From contig NW_024704742.1 of assembly GCF_018977255.1 (NCBI RefSeq), positions 8,248,001 to 8,312,000 of the forward strand: 64,000 bases of DNA, read 5' to 3'. The notes under the pieces were generated by a model that was not told the DNA's origin, made no database searches, and saw only the letters and a list, made by a program, of their open reading frames with translations. This document shows, one piece after another, positions 1 through 11,500 of this stretch. The first letter of the stretch is position 1. Each line of letters opens with the position of its first letter. The position numbers and the translations under genes are program-made. Source of the stretch: Callorhinchus milii (lineage: Eukaryota).

Positions 1-1342
1 TGTGAGAGTGTGTGTGTGAGTGTGTGTGAGTGTGTGAGAGAGTGTGTGTGTGAGAGTGTGAGAGTGTGAGAGAGAGTGTGTGAGAGAGTGAGAGAGAGTG
101 TGTGAGAGAGAGAGTGTGAGAGAGTGTGTGTGAGAGTGAGAGAGTGTGAGAGTGAGAGAGTGTGAGAGAGTGTGTGAGAGTGTGTGAGAGAGTGTGTGTG
201 AGAGAGAGTGTGAGAGTGTGAGAGTGTGTGTGAGAGAGTCTGAGAGAGTGTGTGTGAGAGAGAGTGTGTGTGAGTGTGAGAGTGTGAGAGAGTGTGTGAG
301 AGAGTGAGAGAGTGTGTGTGAGAGAGAGTCTGAGAGAGTGTGTGAGAGAGAGAGTGTGTGTGAGTGTGAGAGTGTGTGAGAGAGTGAGAGAGTGTGTGTG
401 AGAGAGTCTGAGAGAGTGTGAGAGAGTGTGTGTGAGAGTGTGTGTGAGTGTGAGAGAGAGAGTGTGTGTGAGAGAGTGTGTGAGAGAGTCAGAGAGTGTG
501 GGAGAGAGTGTGTGTGTGAGTGTGAGAGAGAGTGTGTGTGTGAGAGAGTGTGTGAGAGAGTCAGAGAGTGTGGGAGAGTGTGTGTGTGAGTGAGAGAGTG
601 TGTGAGAGAGAGTCTGAGAGAGTGTGTGAGAGAGTGTGTGAGAGAGTGTGAGAGAGAGTGTGTAAGAGAGTGTGTGTGAGAGAGAGAGAGAGAAAGAGTG
701 TGTGTATGGGAGAGAGTGTGTGGGAGAGAGTGTGAGAGAGAGAGTGTGTGAGAGTGTGAGAGAGAGTGTGTGTGAGAGAGTGTGTGAGAGAGTCTGAGAG
801 TGTGTGAGAGAGAGTGTGTGTGAGAGAGAGAGAGAGTGTGTGTGTAAGAGAGAGTGTGAGAGAGTGTGTGAGAGAGTGTGAGAGAGTGTGTGAGAGTGCG
901 TGTGTGAGAGAGTGTGTGAGAGAGAGAGTGAGAGAGAGTGTGAGAGAGAGAGTGAGAGAGAGGGTTAAGGTTAGGGAATGGGTGGGTAGAGAGGGAGTGT
1001 GGGGGGAGAGAGGGAGTGTGAAGAGGAGAAAGGGAGAGAGGAAGAGTGAAGAGAGAGGGATTGTGGGGGGAGAGAGGGAGAGTGGGGGAGAGAGGGAGAG
1101 AGGGAGTGTGGGGGGAGAGAGGGAGAGTGGGGGAGAGAGGGAGAGTGAAGAGGAGAGAGGGAGTGTGGGGGGAGAGAGGGAGAGTGAAGAGGAGAGAGGG
1201 AGTGTGGGGGGGAGAGAGGGAGAGTGGGGGAGAGAGGGAGAGTGAAGAGGAGAGAGGGAGTGTGGGGGGAGAGGGAGAGTGGGGGAGAGAGGGAGAGTGA
1301 AGAGGAGAGAGGGAGTGTGGGGGGAGAGAGGGAGAGTGGGGG
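1..1342. repeat. (GA/GT)n compound microsatellite grading into a purine-rich ~46-bp minisatellite; ends at the 25-N gap
   Basis: Direct reading. Confidence 0.95.
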
Positions 1343-1367
1343 NNNNNNNNNNNNNNNNNNNNNNNNN

Positions 1368-2217
1368 CACAGCCTGAGGGTGAGTGTGTCACACACACAC
1401 ACACTCACAACCACAGCCTGAGGGTGAGTGTGTCACACACACACACTCACAACCACAGCCTGAGGGTGAGTGTGTCACACACACACACTCACAACCACAG
1501 CCTGAGGGTGAGTGTGTCACACACACACACACTCACAACCACAGCCTGAGGGTGAGTGTGTCACACACACACACACACACTCACAACCACAGCCTGAGGG
1601 TGAGTGTGTCACACACACACTCACTCACAACCACAGCCTGAGGGTGAGTGTGTCACACACACACACACTCACAACCACAGCCTGAGGGTGAGTGTGTCAC
1701 ACACACACACACACACAACCACAGCCTGAGGGTGAGTGTGACACACACACACTCACAACCACAGCCTGAGGGTGAGTGTGTCACACACACACTCACTCAC
1801 AACCACAGCCTGAGGGTGAGTGTGTCACACACACACTCACTCACAACCACAGCCTGAGGGTGAGTGTGTCACACACACACTCACTCACAACCACAGCCTG
1901 AGGGTGAGTGTGTCACACACACACACTCACTCACAACCACAGCCTGAGGGTGAGTGTGTCACACACACACACACATACACACAACCACAGCCTGAGGGTG
2001 AGTGTGTCACACACACATACACACAACCACAGCCTGAGGGTGAGTGTGTCACACACACACACTCACAACCACAGCCTGAGGGTGAGTGTGTCACACACAA
2101 ACACACACACACACACACACACAACCACAGCCTGAGGGTGAGTGTGTCACACACACACACACACACACTCACAACCACAGCCTGAGGTGCTCACAACCAC
2201 AGCCTGAGGTGGGTGTG

Positions 2218-2258
<41 letters not shown>

Positions 2259-2997
2259 ACCACAGCCTGAGGGTGAGTGTGTCACACACACACACACATA
2301 CAACCACAGCCTGAGGGTGAGTCTGTCACACACACACACACACACACTCACAACCACAGCCTGAGGGTGAGTGTGTCACACACACATACACACTCACAAC
2401 CACAGCCTGAGGGTGAGTGTATCACACACACACACACTCACAACCACAGCCTGAGGGTGAGTGTGTCACACACACACTCACAACCACAGCCTGAGGGTGA
2501 GTGTGTCACACACACACACACTCACAACCACAGCCTGAGGGTGAGTGTGTCACACACACACACACACTCACAACCACAGCCTGAGGGTGAGTGTGTCACA
2601 CACACACACACACACACACTCACAACCACAGCCTGAGGGTGAGTGTGTCACACACTCACTCACAACCACAGCCTGAGGGTGAGTGTGTCACACACACACA
2701 CACTCACTCACAACCACAGCCTGAGGGTGAGTGTGTCACACACACACACTCACAACCACAGCCTGAGGGTGAGTGTGTCACACACACACACACTCACAAC
2801 CACAGCCTGAGGGTGAGTGTGTCACACACACACACTCACAACCACAGCCTGAGGGTGAGTGTGTCACACACACACACATACACACAACCACAGCCTGAGG
2901 GTGAGTGTGTCACACACACACATACACACAACCACAGCCTGAGGGTGAGTGTGTCACACACACACACTCACAACCACAGCCTGAGGGTGAGTGTGTG
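1368..2997. repeat. Minisatellite CACAACCACAGCCTGAGGGTGAGTGTGT(CA)n, roughly 40 units
   Basis: Nearly invariant core with variable CA spacer. Confidence 0.95.
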
Positions 2998-4076
2998 AAA
3001 TGGCAGTGGAAGCCGATTCGATAACAACTTTTAAGAGTGAAGTGGATAGAAATGTGGGGAGGACAAGTTTGCAGGGCTATGGGGAGAGCGAGGGGAGTGG
3101 GATTGAATTGGATATCGCTTTTCGAAGAGCTGGCACAGACACGATGGGCCGAATGGCCTCCTTTTGTATTGCATAATTCTATGAAGGGGTAACATTACTA
3201 AGGTGTAATAGGGGAACAAGTCTATAGTGTAAAAGGGGAAACAATACGATAGTGTAAAAGGGGAAACAATACGATCGTGTAATAGGAGGAACATGACTCT
3301 TCTCTTGGGCATATCCAAGAAACAAAGAACCATGGGGACAATCAAGAGCAACAACAACAACTCACATTTACACAGCGCCTTTCACATCAGGAGAATGTCC
3401 CAAGGCATTGGACAATGAGGGTTTTTTGCACTTGAGCTGAGGGTTGGGATCAGAGAGAGGGGTGGAGGGCAAGCGGGGTGGCGGTGGGAAAATGACCAAA
3501 GTCACGATCAAAAAGGGAAGTCTTGAGATGGCTCTTGAAGCGAGCAAGGCGGAGCGGCCCCAGGATGGAGTTCCAGAAAGGTTGAAGGCCTGATCACTGA
3601 TAGTGGAGCAGACATGGCAGGGATATGGAGCAGGCCGGTGCCTGCCAAGTGGAGGGAGCAGATAGGTTGGTGAAGTTTTAATCAGTCACAGAGGTAGGGA
3701 GGAGCAAAGATGTGGAAAACTTAAAAGGTGAGGACGTGGATTTTGAACTTTGTCCTCTGGGGGATTCGCCAGTGAATGTGGGTGCAGATGGGGTTGATAG
3801 GGTCACAGAGCCAGGTGTAGGACAGTTCAGAGTGCTGGAAACAGCACAGTCTGTTAACTCTCACCCTCCTACAATTAAATAAAACATTACAGCATAGAAA
3901 CGTAGCCCAGCGAGTCTGTGCTGCTGCCTATTCTCCACGCGATGCTTTACCCCTTCTCCCTCTTGTAATAATAATATTCCTTGCATTTGATATCACGTCT
4001 TGGATTGAATGACCAAATATTTTTTTGTTTTAAAAAGGATTATTATCCCCGAAAAAGCGATCTACTAATCAACTAA

Positions 4077-4660
4077 TTTTTTTGTGGGGGGGTCAGCGGG
4101 TGTCTGAAACATGCGGAAACCCATCACCGTGTTTAAGATTAACCAAACCAAACTGAGATTTCCATGTGCCCACCCACACATGGAAATCCCAGAGATAGAT
4201 TGTTGGAATGCAATGTGCATTCTCTCGCTGGAGGGACCATCCTGTTTACCTCATTCCAGACAGTATTAGGTGCAGGTTGGCAAGAGCCAAGGCTTGGGGA
4301 CCCCAGAGTGTGTGTTGGAGTAACTGCTGGAGTCTAACCAGCTAAAACCGCATAGTTTGCCACTGCTATCTGACAAGCTTTCCCGCTGCTTGTCCAGCTG
4401 GGACCACCCTACCCCTTAGGGCTTTGGCTTGCAGGGCTAACAGGAGCTGAGTGGGTGGACTCCCTGCCCCCGGTGATTGGTCTGCCCTCCTGGTCCTGCC
4501 AATGAGCCAGGCTGGGCTGTGCTGTCATCAGCAGTGCTCTGGAATACTATGGACCAGGCTGGCTCAGGAACCGGACTAGAGACTATCACAGAGAGCTGAG
4601 TCGAGTCTGACATTCCTTTTCCAGGCATGTCACCTTGAAGCCAGTTCAGCACCAAGGAGC
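4077..4660 (-). mobile_element. Unclassified poly(A)-ended interspersed repeat (other copies 5840-6290 -, 25640-26007 +, 28070-28210 -, 47635-47825 +)
   Basis: Five mutually alignable copies. Three share a 3' end with an A-run and a conserved hairpin. Confidence 0.7.
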
Positions 4661-5269
4661 CCATGTTTAATCGACTAACAGCTGGGTTTCTACTTACTGC
4701 TAGGTACACAGAGGCATATGGAGTAAGGAAACTTGCCCAATGTTTTGCCCTGCTGGGAATCAAACCCAGGGCTTCTCGATTGCGAGGCGAGTGCTCTCGG
4801 AACCGAGAAAGCCACCAAGCTACAGACCACTAAGCTACAGACTCCACAACTTGTTTAGCAAAGCTTTTGAGACTCATTTATAAAGCAGTTAGGAGGACAG
4901 CAGGGTGGGTGCTGTGGAGGCATAAGATTAGATGGGCCAAAGGGCCTTCATCCAATCCCATCTTGTGATCTTGTGAGATAGAGTCACGTAGTGAGGGCAA
5001 AGTGTGTGAAATGGAATAGAAATGGCTTGAATCAGAGAGAGCGTAGGTGGAATTGTGAGCTGGAGCTAAGTGTGTGCACACCAGGAAACTGATGTTTTGC
5101 CCACCCCAGCTACTGATGGTGCCATCGTTCAGAACTCCACAGCTCGTGTCCTCTCCCGCACCAGGTTCGGTGACCCTATCACCCACACCCTCGCCTGGTT
5201 GCACTGGCTCCCCATCCCCCAGAGGATAGAGTTCAAAATCTTCATCCTCCGTTCAAAGCCCTCCTACCC

Positions 5270-5839
5270 CTGACCTGATAAGTCTGTGTGTGTATAACGG
5301 GGGCACACAGAGTAAGTATGTGAGTATGTGTGTGGGGGTTGGCAGCACAGAATACATCAGTGTGTATGTGTGGCGGGGGTACAGAGTAAGTCTGTGAGTG
5401 TGTGGAGGTGGGGCAGAGCCAGTCTGCGTGTGTGTGGGGCACAAAGTAAGTTTGTGTGTATGTGAGGGGACAGATTAAGTCTGTGCGTGTGGGGGGGCAC
5501 AGAGTAAATCTGTGTGTGTTTGGTGGGGGCACAGAGTGAGTCTGCATATGGGGGAGGTCACAGAGTAAGTCTGTGTGTGTATATATGGTGGGTGACTGAG
5601 TAATTGTGTGTGTTTTTGGGGGAGCACAGATTACATCTGTGTGTTTATGTGGGAGGGCGGCACAGAATAAATCTGTGCGCGTGTGTGTGGAGGCTCAGAG
5701 AGTTTGTTTGTATGCGGGGCTCAGAGTAAGTCTGTGTGTGTGGAAGGGGGCACAGTGTAAGTGTGTGTGTGGGGGGGGATCACAAAGTCTGTGTGTGTGT
5801 GTGTGTGTGTGTGGGGGGGGGGCTCAGAGGAAGTCTGTG
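5270..5839. repeat. Degenerate minisatellite gggcacagagtaagtctgtgtgtg
   Basis: Direct reading. Confidence 0.8.
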
Positions 5840-6897
5840 TTTTTTTTGTCAGCCAGTTGTCAGACACGTGCGGAAATCCATCGCCATGCTTAATATTATC
5901 CAAACCAAGCTGAGCTGAGATTTCCATGCATCCCACCTACACATGGAAATCCCAGAGATGGATTGTTGAAATGGAGTATGCACTCTCTCCCTGGAGGGAT
6001 GCATCCTGTTTACCAAATTCTGGGAAGTGTTAGGTACAGTTTGCAAGAGCCAAGGCATTGGGGTAACAGTTGGGTGTTTAAGCAGCTGAAACCACATAGC
6101 TTGCCATTAATATTGGTGTCTGACAGGCTTTCCCGCTGCTTGTCCAGCTAGGACCACGCTCTTCCTTAGGGCTTTGGCTGCAGGGTTAACAGGAGCTGAG
6201 TGGGATGACTCCCTGCCCCCAGTGACTGGTCTGCTCTTCCAGGTCCTGTCGATGAGTCAGGAAAGTTGTCACCAGCAGTGACCTGGGGTACTACTCCCTG
6301 TGGTTCCCACACCTGGCAGTTAGAAATCACCCACCACTGAACGATTCAGACATACCCTCCGCATATGGTCTCCATAGTCCAGGACTCACTGCCTGCCGTT
6401 CACTGGGACCCAATCACTGGTTCCGCAGCTGCAAATCCCAGTCACTCACATGTGTGGATGAGGTATCGCAGATGCTAGTGGATGGGAAATGGTGTAAGGA
6501 ACTGCAGGAACTAAAAGGGGGAAGAAAATAACAATAATAATCCTTGCATTTGATATGGCGCCTTATCACGTCTTCGAGACATCTCAAAGCGCTTCACAGA
6601 ATATACCGTAAAGTGTTGTGACTATTTTGTGAGCGAATTGCGACAGACAACTGCACACAGCAGTGTCCCACATACGTGGATTGAGTGACCAAATTTTTTG
6701 TTAAGGATTAAATAATCCGATTTACTGCTAGGTAAACAGAGGTGTATGGAGTAAGGAAATTTGTGTAATGTTTCGTCCTGCCCGGGAATCGAACCCGGGT
6801 CTCTTGCTTGCGAGGCGAGAGCTCTAACCACTGAGCTACAGGGCTCCAAAGGTATGTGTAAATATCAGAGTCAGAAGCAGGCGGGTGTTACAGCTAC

Positions 6898-7051
6898 CTG
6901 ACACTAGGATCATTCTCACTGGCTGTGGAATGATTTGACGTGTTGTCATTCATATGATCTCCTTTCTTCAGGAAGAAGATTAACGTCAAAAAGGCCACAA
7001 TCAACAACAGGAGGATGAACACCAGGATTACCATGAGCCAGATGGGGGTAC
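6898..7051 (-). CDS. Transmembrane exon ([32 protein letters not shown]…)
   Basis: Phase-1 entry, 25-aa hydrophobic run followed by KK stop-transfer, tctctgcag acceptor, gtagct donor, phase 2 exit. Confidence 0.85.
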
Positions 7052-8534
7052 CTGCAGAGAGCAGAGTACATACAGACGGGTCACACCAGCAGACATCTAT
7101 CTCATTAATCTACACTGTCATCCAATCAGTCAATTCATCTATAATAATAATAATTTCATTTGATATAGCAACTTATGTCATTGAGACGTCTCAAAGCCCT
7201 TCACAGAATAGATTGTAAAGTGTAGTGACTATATTTTATGGGCTAAATGCAGCAGCCAAGTGCATACTGCAGTGTCTCACAAACAGTCATGGTAGAGTGA
7301 CTACATTTTTTTTGTAGGAATTATTACCCCAGAAAGTGATCCGACAATCGACTAACAACCGGGTTCCTAGTTACTAATTAGGTAAATAGAGGCAGTAAAG
7401 CACAGCCCAGCTCATTGGCAGGCCTTTGAAGGACACAGCACAACACACTACACTTTGACCCTGTCTTTGGCCACACTCCCCTCCCCACCCCCATCCTCTA
7501 CTCCTCGATTGCAACCCCCAACTCAGGTCCTTAACTGCTTTGGGACATCCTTCCGACATGAACAATGCTGTATGAGTGTAATTTGTTGTTGTTCGCTGTA
7601 TTGCCTCCAGCAAACCTAAAATTTTTCCAATGAGGAACCTGAAACTGCACAGTATTCCACCTTTGGCCCGACCATCATATTGAACAGAATCAACATGACA
7701 ACAACATGGGCCAAGCGAAGGTCTGTAAAGAGACTCAACAGTCATAGGTACTTGACACTAAGTATTGCAGACTGCAGACCACAGAATCATAGAATTATAC
7801 AGCACAGAAGGAGGCCATTCGGCCCATTGTGTCTGTCCCGGCTCTTTGAAAAGAGCTATCCAAATCAATTCCACTACCCGCTCTCTCCCTACAAACTATG
7901 TCCTCCACAAACAATTATCTACTGCTCTCTGTTGTTATCAAATCAGCTTCCACCACCTTTTAAGACAATGCATTCCAGACCTGAACAACAGCAACAACAA
8001 AATTACATTTGTATAGCATCTTTCACATCGGGAGGACTAAGTCAGAGTTTTGGACTCGAACTGGGAGTTGGGATCGGGGAGGGTGGAGGGCAGGAGGGGA
8101 AGCAGGGAGATTGACGGCACAATTGAAGAGGAGGGTCTTGAGATGGTTCTTGAAGGAGGTAAAGGAGGGGGCGAGGCGGAGGGACTGTGGGATGGAGTTC
8201 CAGAGGGTGGGTGAAAAAATTCACACTCTCTGCATGCAAAGATTTCTCCTCACCTCTCCTGTTTCTTTTAACAACTATTTTAAAATCGGTGTTCTCGGGT
8301 TACTGACCCACCCGCCAGTGCAAATAGTTTCTCCTTGTTCACCCTATCGAATCCCCTCATGATTTTGAAAACTTGTGGGGGAGCGGCAGCAGGACAGCGC
8401 GGGGAGGAGCCTGGGCCTACTGACCCAGGTACTTAAACTCGACGCCGGAGCGAGTGCAGCTAGGCAGCGAGGGGAGGGGACGGAGCGGGGAACTGCGACG
8501 TCATAGATTAGTTTTCAGGTGAGTGCGCGCGCAC

Positions 8535-8565
<31 letters not shown>

Positions 8566-11500
8566 CCGCGCCCCCCCCCCCCCCCAGGCTCACATCAGAG
8601 CCCACTATGGTCCTGTTGGGTTCGATGCCCCAATCTGCGGGATAATGCCATCCACCTGACCGCTCGCTCCCGGTCCCCGCGTGCGCACTATGGCTGCCGC
8701 TTTGACCCGAGCCCCCTCACCCCCTCCCTCCCGCTCCCCTCCTCTCTCCCCCCAAACCCTCCCCCCTCTCCATCTCTCCCGCTCTCTCCTCCTCTCTCTC
8801 CGTCCCTCTCGTCTTCTATCCCCACTTGACCCTCCCACAACCTCCCTCTGTTCCAGTCTGGGAATCCTCCGCCGGGCTCACCGTGGCACTCGGCGTTGGC
8901 TGTCCAGCAGCAGCCACACCGACTGCCCCATTCCCCACCACACTCGCCAGCCACCCCGGACACAGACCCGGGGAGTCAACCTCTCCTCCCTCATCCCCAT
9001 TCCCCCCACCCCTGCCTCACAACCTGGACCCCCCTCCCCTCCCACACACCCTTCTGTCAACCGCTCCCTCCACATCGGACTGCAAAATGTCCGCTCCCTC
9101 TGCAACAAGGCCCTGGTCATCAACGATCTCATCCTTGATGAGAACGTTGATATCATGGCCTTGACAGAAACCTGGCTCACCCCAGGCGACACCTTCCCCC
9201 TCACGGAGGCCACGCCACCCGGCTACACCTCCCACCACATCCCCCGCCCCAACCGCCGTGGCGGTGGTGTTGCCCTTATCTCAAGGACACCACTTGCCCT
9301 ATCCCCCTACTCCTCTGGCTCTTTCCCCTCCTTCGAGCACCTCACCCTCTCCCACCCCTCATTCCTCTCCCTTAAAATCCTCCTCCTCTACCGGCCCCCT
9401 AAAACCTCTCCCACCTTCATCTCTGACATTTCAACACTCCTCACATCTCTTTGCCTCTCCTCTGATCGCCTCATCATCCTGGGCGACTTTAACCTACACT
9501 TCACCCCCTCCTGCTCCATCTCCACAGACTTCTCTTCCCTGCTCTCCTCACTCAACCTTTCCCTACACATAAACTCCCCCACTCACAGTCACGGCCACCC
9601 ACTCGATTTGGTGATCACCCGGGGCCTCAGTGTCTCGGATGTCACTATTACCGACAAGGCCATCTCCGACCACTACTTCATCTCCTTCACCACCTCCACC
9701 CCCCTCCCCACCTCCACCAGACCCACCACCATCTTCTACCGCCCTTGGAAGAAGTTACCCCCACAATCCCTAACCGATGCCTTGGAGTCCTCTGAACTCC
9801 TCTCCCTCTGGCCTTCAACCCTCACCGACCCCTCTTCTCCTCTCTCCCTCCTCCACAATATCCTCTCCTCCACACTCGATACTCTTGCCCCCATCACTTC
9901 CCGCACTGTCTCCTACTCCCGCTCCTCCCCCTGGTACACCACCCACCTCCGCTCACTGAAATGCCAGGTGCGGGCTGCTGAGCGCACCTTTGTCAAATCC
10001 GGCTTAACGGTCCACCGACAAATCTGGCTGGACCTCCTCAAAATTTACCGCTCCACTCTAGCCTCGGCCAAGTCGTCCTTCTACTCCAGGATAATCCTGG
10101 AGGCGAAGAACAACCCCAGGCTACTGTTTTCCACCACATCCCGACTCCTCCGTCCCCCCCGCCACCCCGCGCAGGTCATCTCCTCCAACCTTCACTGCGA
10201 GGAGATGCTGGATTTCCTTGAATCCAAGATCAAGGGAATCCGCTCCGCGGTCACTTCCCCTCCAACTTCCACCCACCACCCACCCCTTCCCTCCCACACT
10301 CCGACTCCTACCCATCCTCCCCTACACACCTTCGTACCCGTTTCCCCACCCTCTGTCACTGAACTCATCCTATCCCTAAAACCAACCACCTGCTCCCTTG
10401 ACCCCATCCCCACTCCACTCCTTATCTCCCAGCTCCATTTTCTTGCCCCACACATCACTGACATCATAAACCTGTCCCTCTCCTCTGGCTCTGTCCCCAT
10501 TCCATTAAAAACTGCCATCATCACGCCCACCCTGAAAAAACCCTCCCTTGATGCGTCGCAGCTATCAAGCTACCGGCCCATCTCCAACCTCCCCTTTCTC
10601 TCCAAGGTCTTGGAAAGAGTTGTCGCCTCCCAACTGCGCTCTTTCCTCTCCACCCATTCTCTTTTTGAACCCCTTCAGTCAGGTTTCCGTGCTGCTCATA
10701 GCACAGAAACTGCCCTGGTCAAGGTCACCAATGATATCCTGACCATCTGTGACCAGGGCTCCCTCTGTCTCCTCGTCCTCCTCGACCTATCGGCAGCATT
10801 CGATACGGTCGACCACGCTATCCTACTCCACCGCTTGTCCTCCCACCTCAACCTTCAAGGCACTGTCCTTGAATGGTTTAGCTCTTACCTCTCCCACCGT
10901 CTTCACTTCGTCTCAACGAATGGCTTCTCCTCCACCCCCCGTACTGTCTCATGTGGTGTCCCTCAGGGCTCTGTCCTCGGTCCCCTCCTCTTCACCCTCT
11001 ATATGCTCCCCCTCGGTGACATCATCCGCAAACATGGGGTTAACTTCCACATGTATGCGGATGACACCCAACTCTACCTTTCCTCCTCTACTCTCAACTC
11101 CACGACCACCGATGTCCTGACAGCCTGCCTGTCCGACATCGAGTCCTGGACGAGAGACAACTTTCTTCAGCTCAACGTGCGAAAAACCGAGGCCCTCCTG
11201 ATTGGCTCACGTCAGCGCCTCCGCACCTCAGGCGCTGACACCATCAGCATCCAAGGCTGCACTCTCCACCTCTCAAAGCCAGTCAGGAACCTCGGCGTTT
11301 TGTTCGACCCTGAGCTGTCCTTTCTCCCTCACATCCGCACCACAACTGGCACCGCCTTCCATCACCTCCGGAATATCGCCAGATTACGGCACTACCTCAC
11401 CCCTCACGCTGCTGAAACCCTGGTTCACGCCTTTGTCACCTCAAGGCTGGACTATGGGAACTCTCTCCTCGCCGGCCTTCCCGCCACCTCCCTCCACAAG

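Noticed and set aside
1368..2997. CRISPR-like repeat/spacer appearance
   Set aside because: The spacers are only variable-length CA runs, the context is vertebrate, and there are no cas genes.
561..2998. Many low-complexity ORFs (SLTH, ERES, HTHSQPQPEGEC repeats)
   Set aside because: Translations of micro- and minisatellites with no independent coding evidence.
6450..6510. Candidate cytoplasmic-tail exon (strong ttttcttcccccttttag acceptor, gtgagt donor, phase-compatible SSCSSLHHFPST…)
   Set aside because: Sandwiched between repeats, no recognisable ADAM-tail motif and no downstream exon found. It cannot be supported without RNA data.
7639..7722. Hydrophobic candidate exon [19 protein letters not shown] upstream of the TM exon
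   Set aside because: The acceptor is plausible but the available donors (gtggaa, gttcct) are weak and the hydrophobic run is short.
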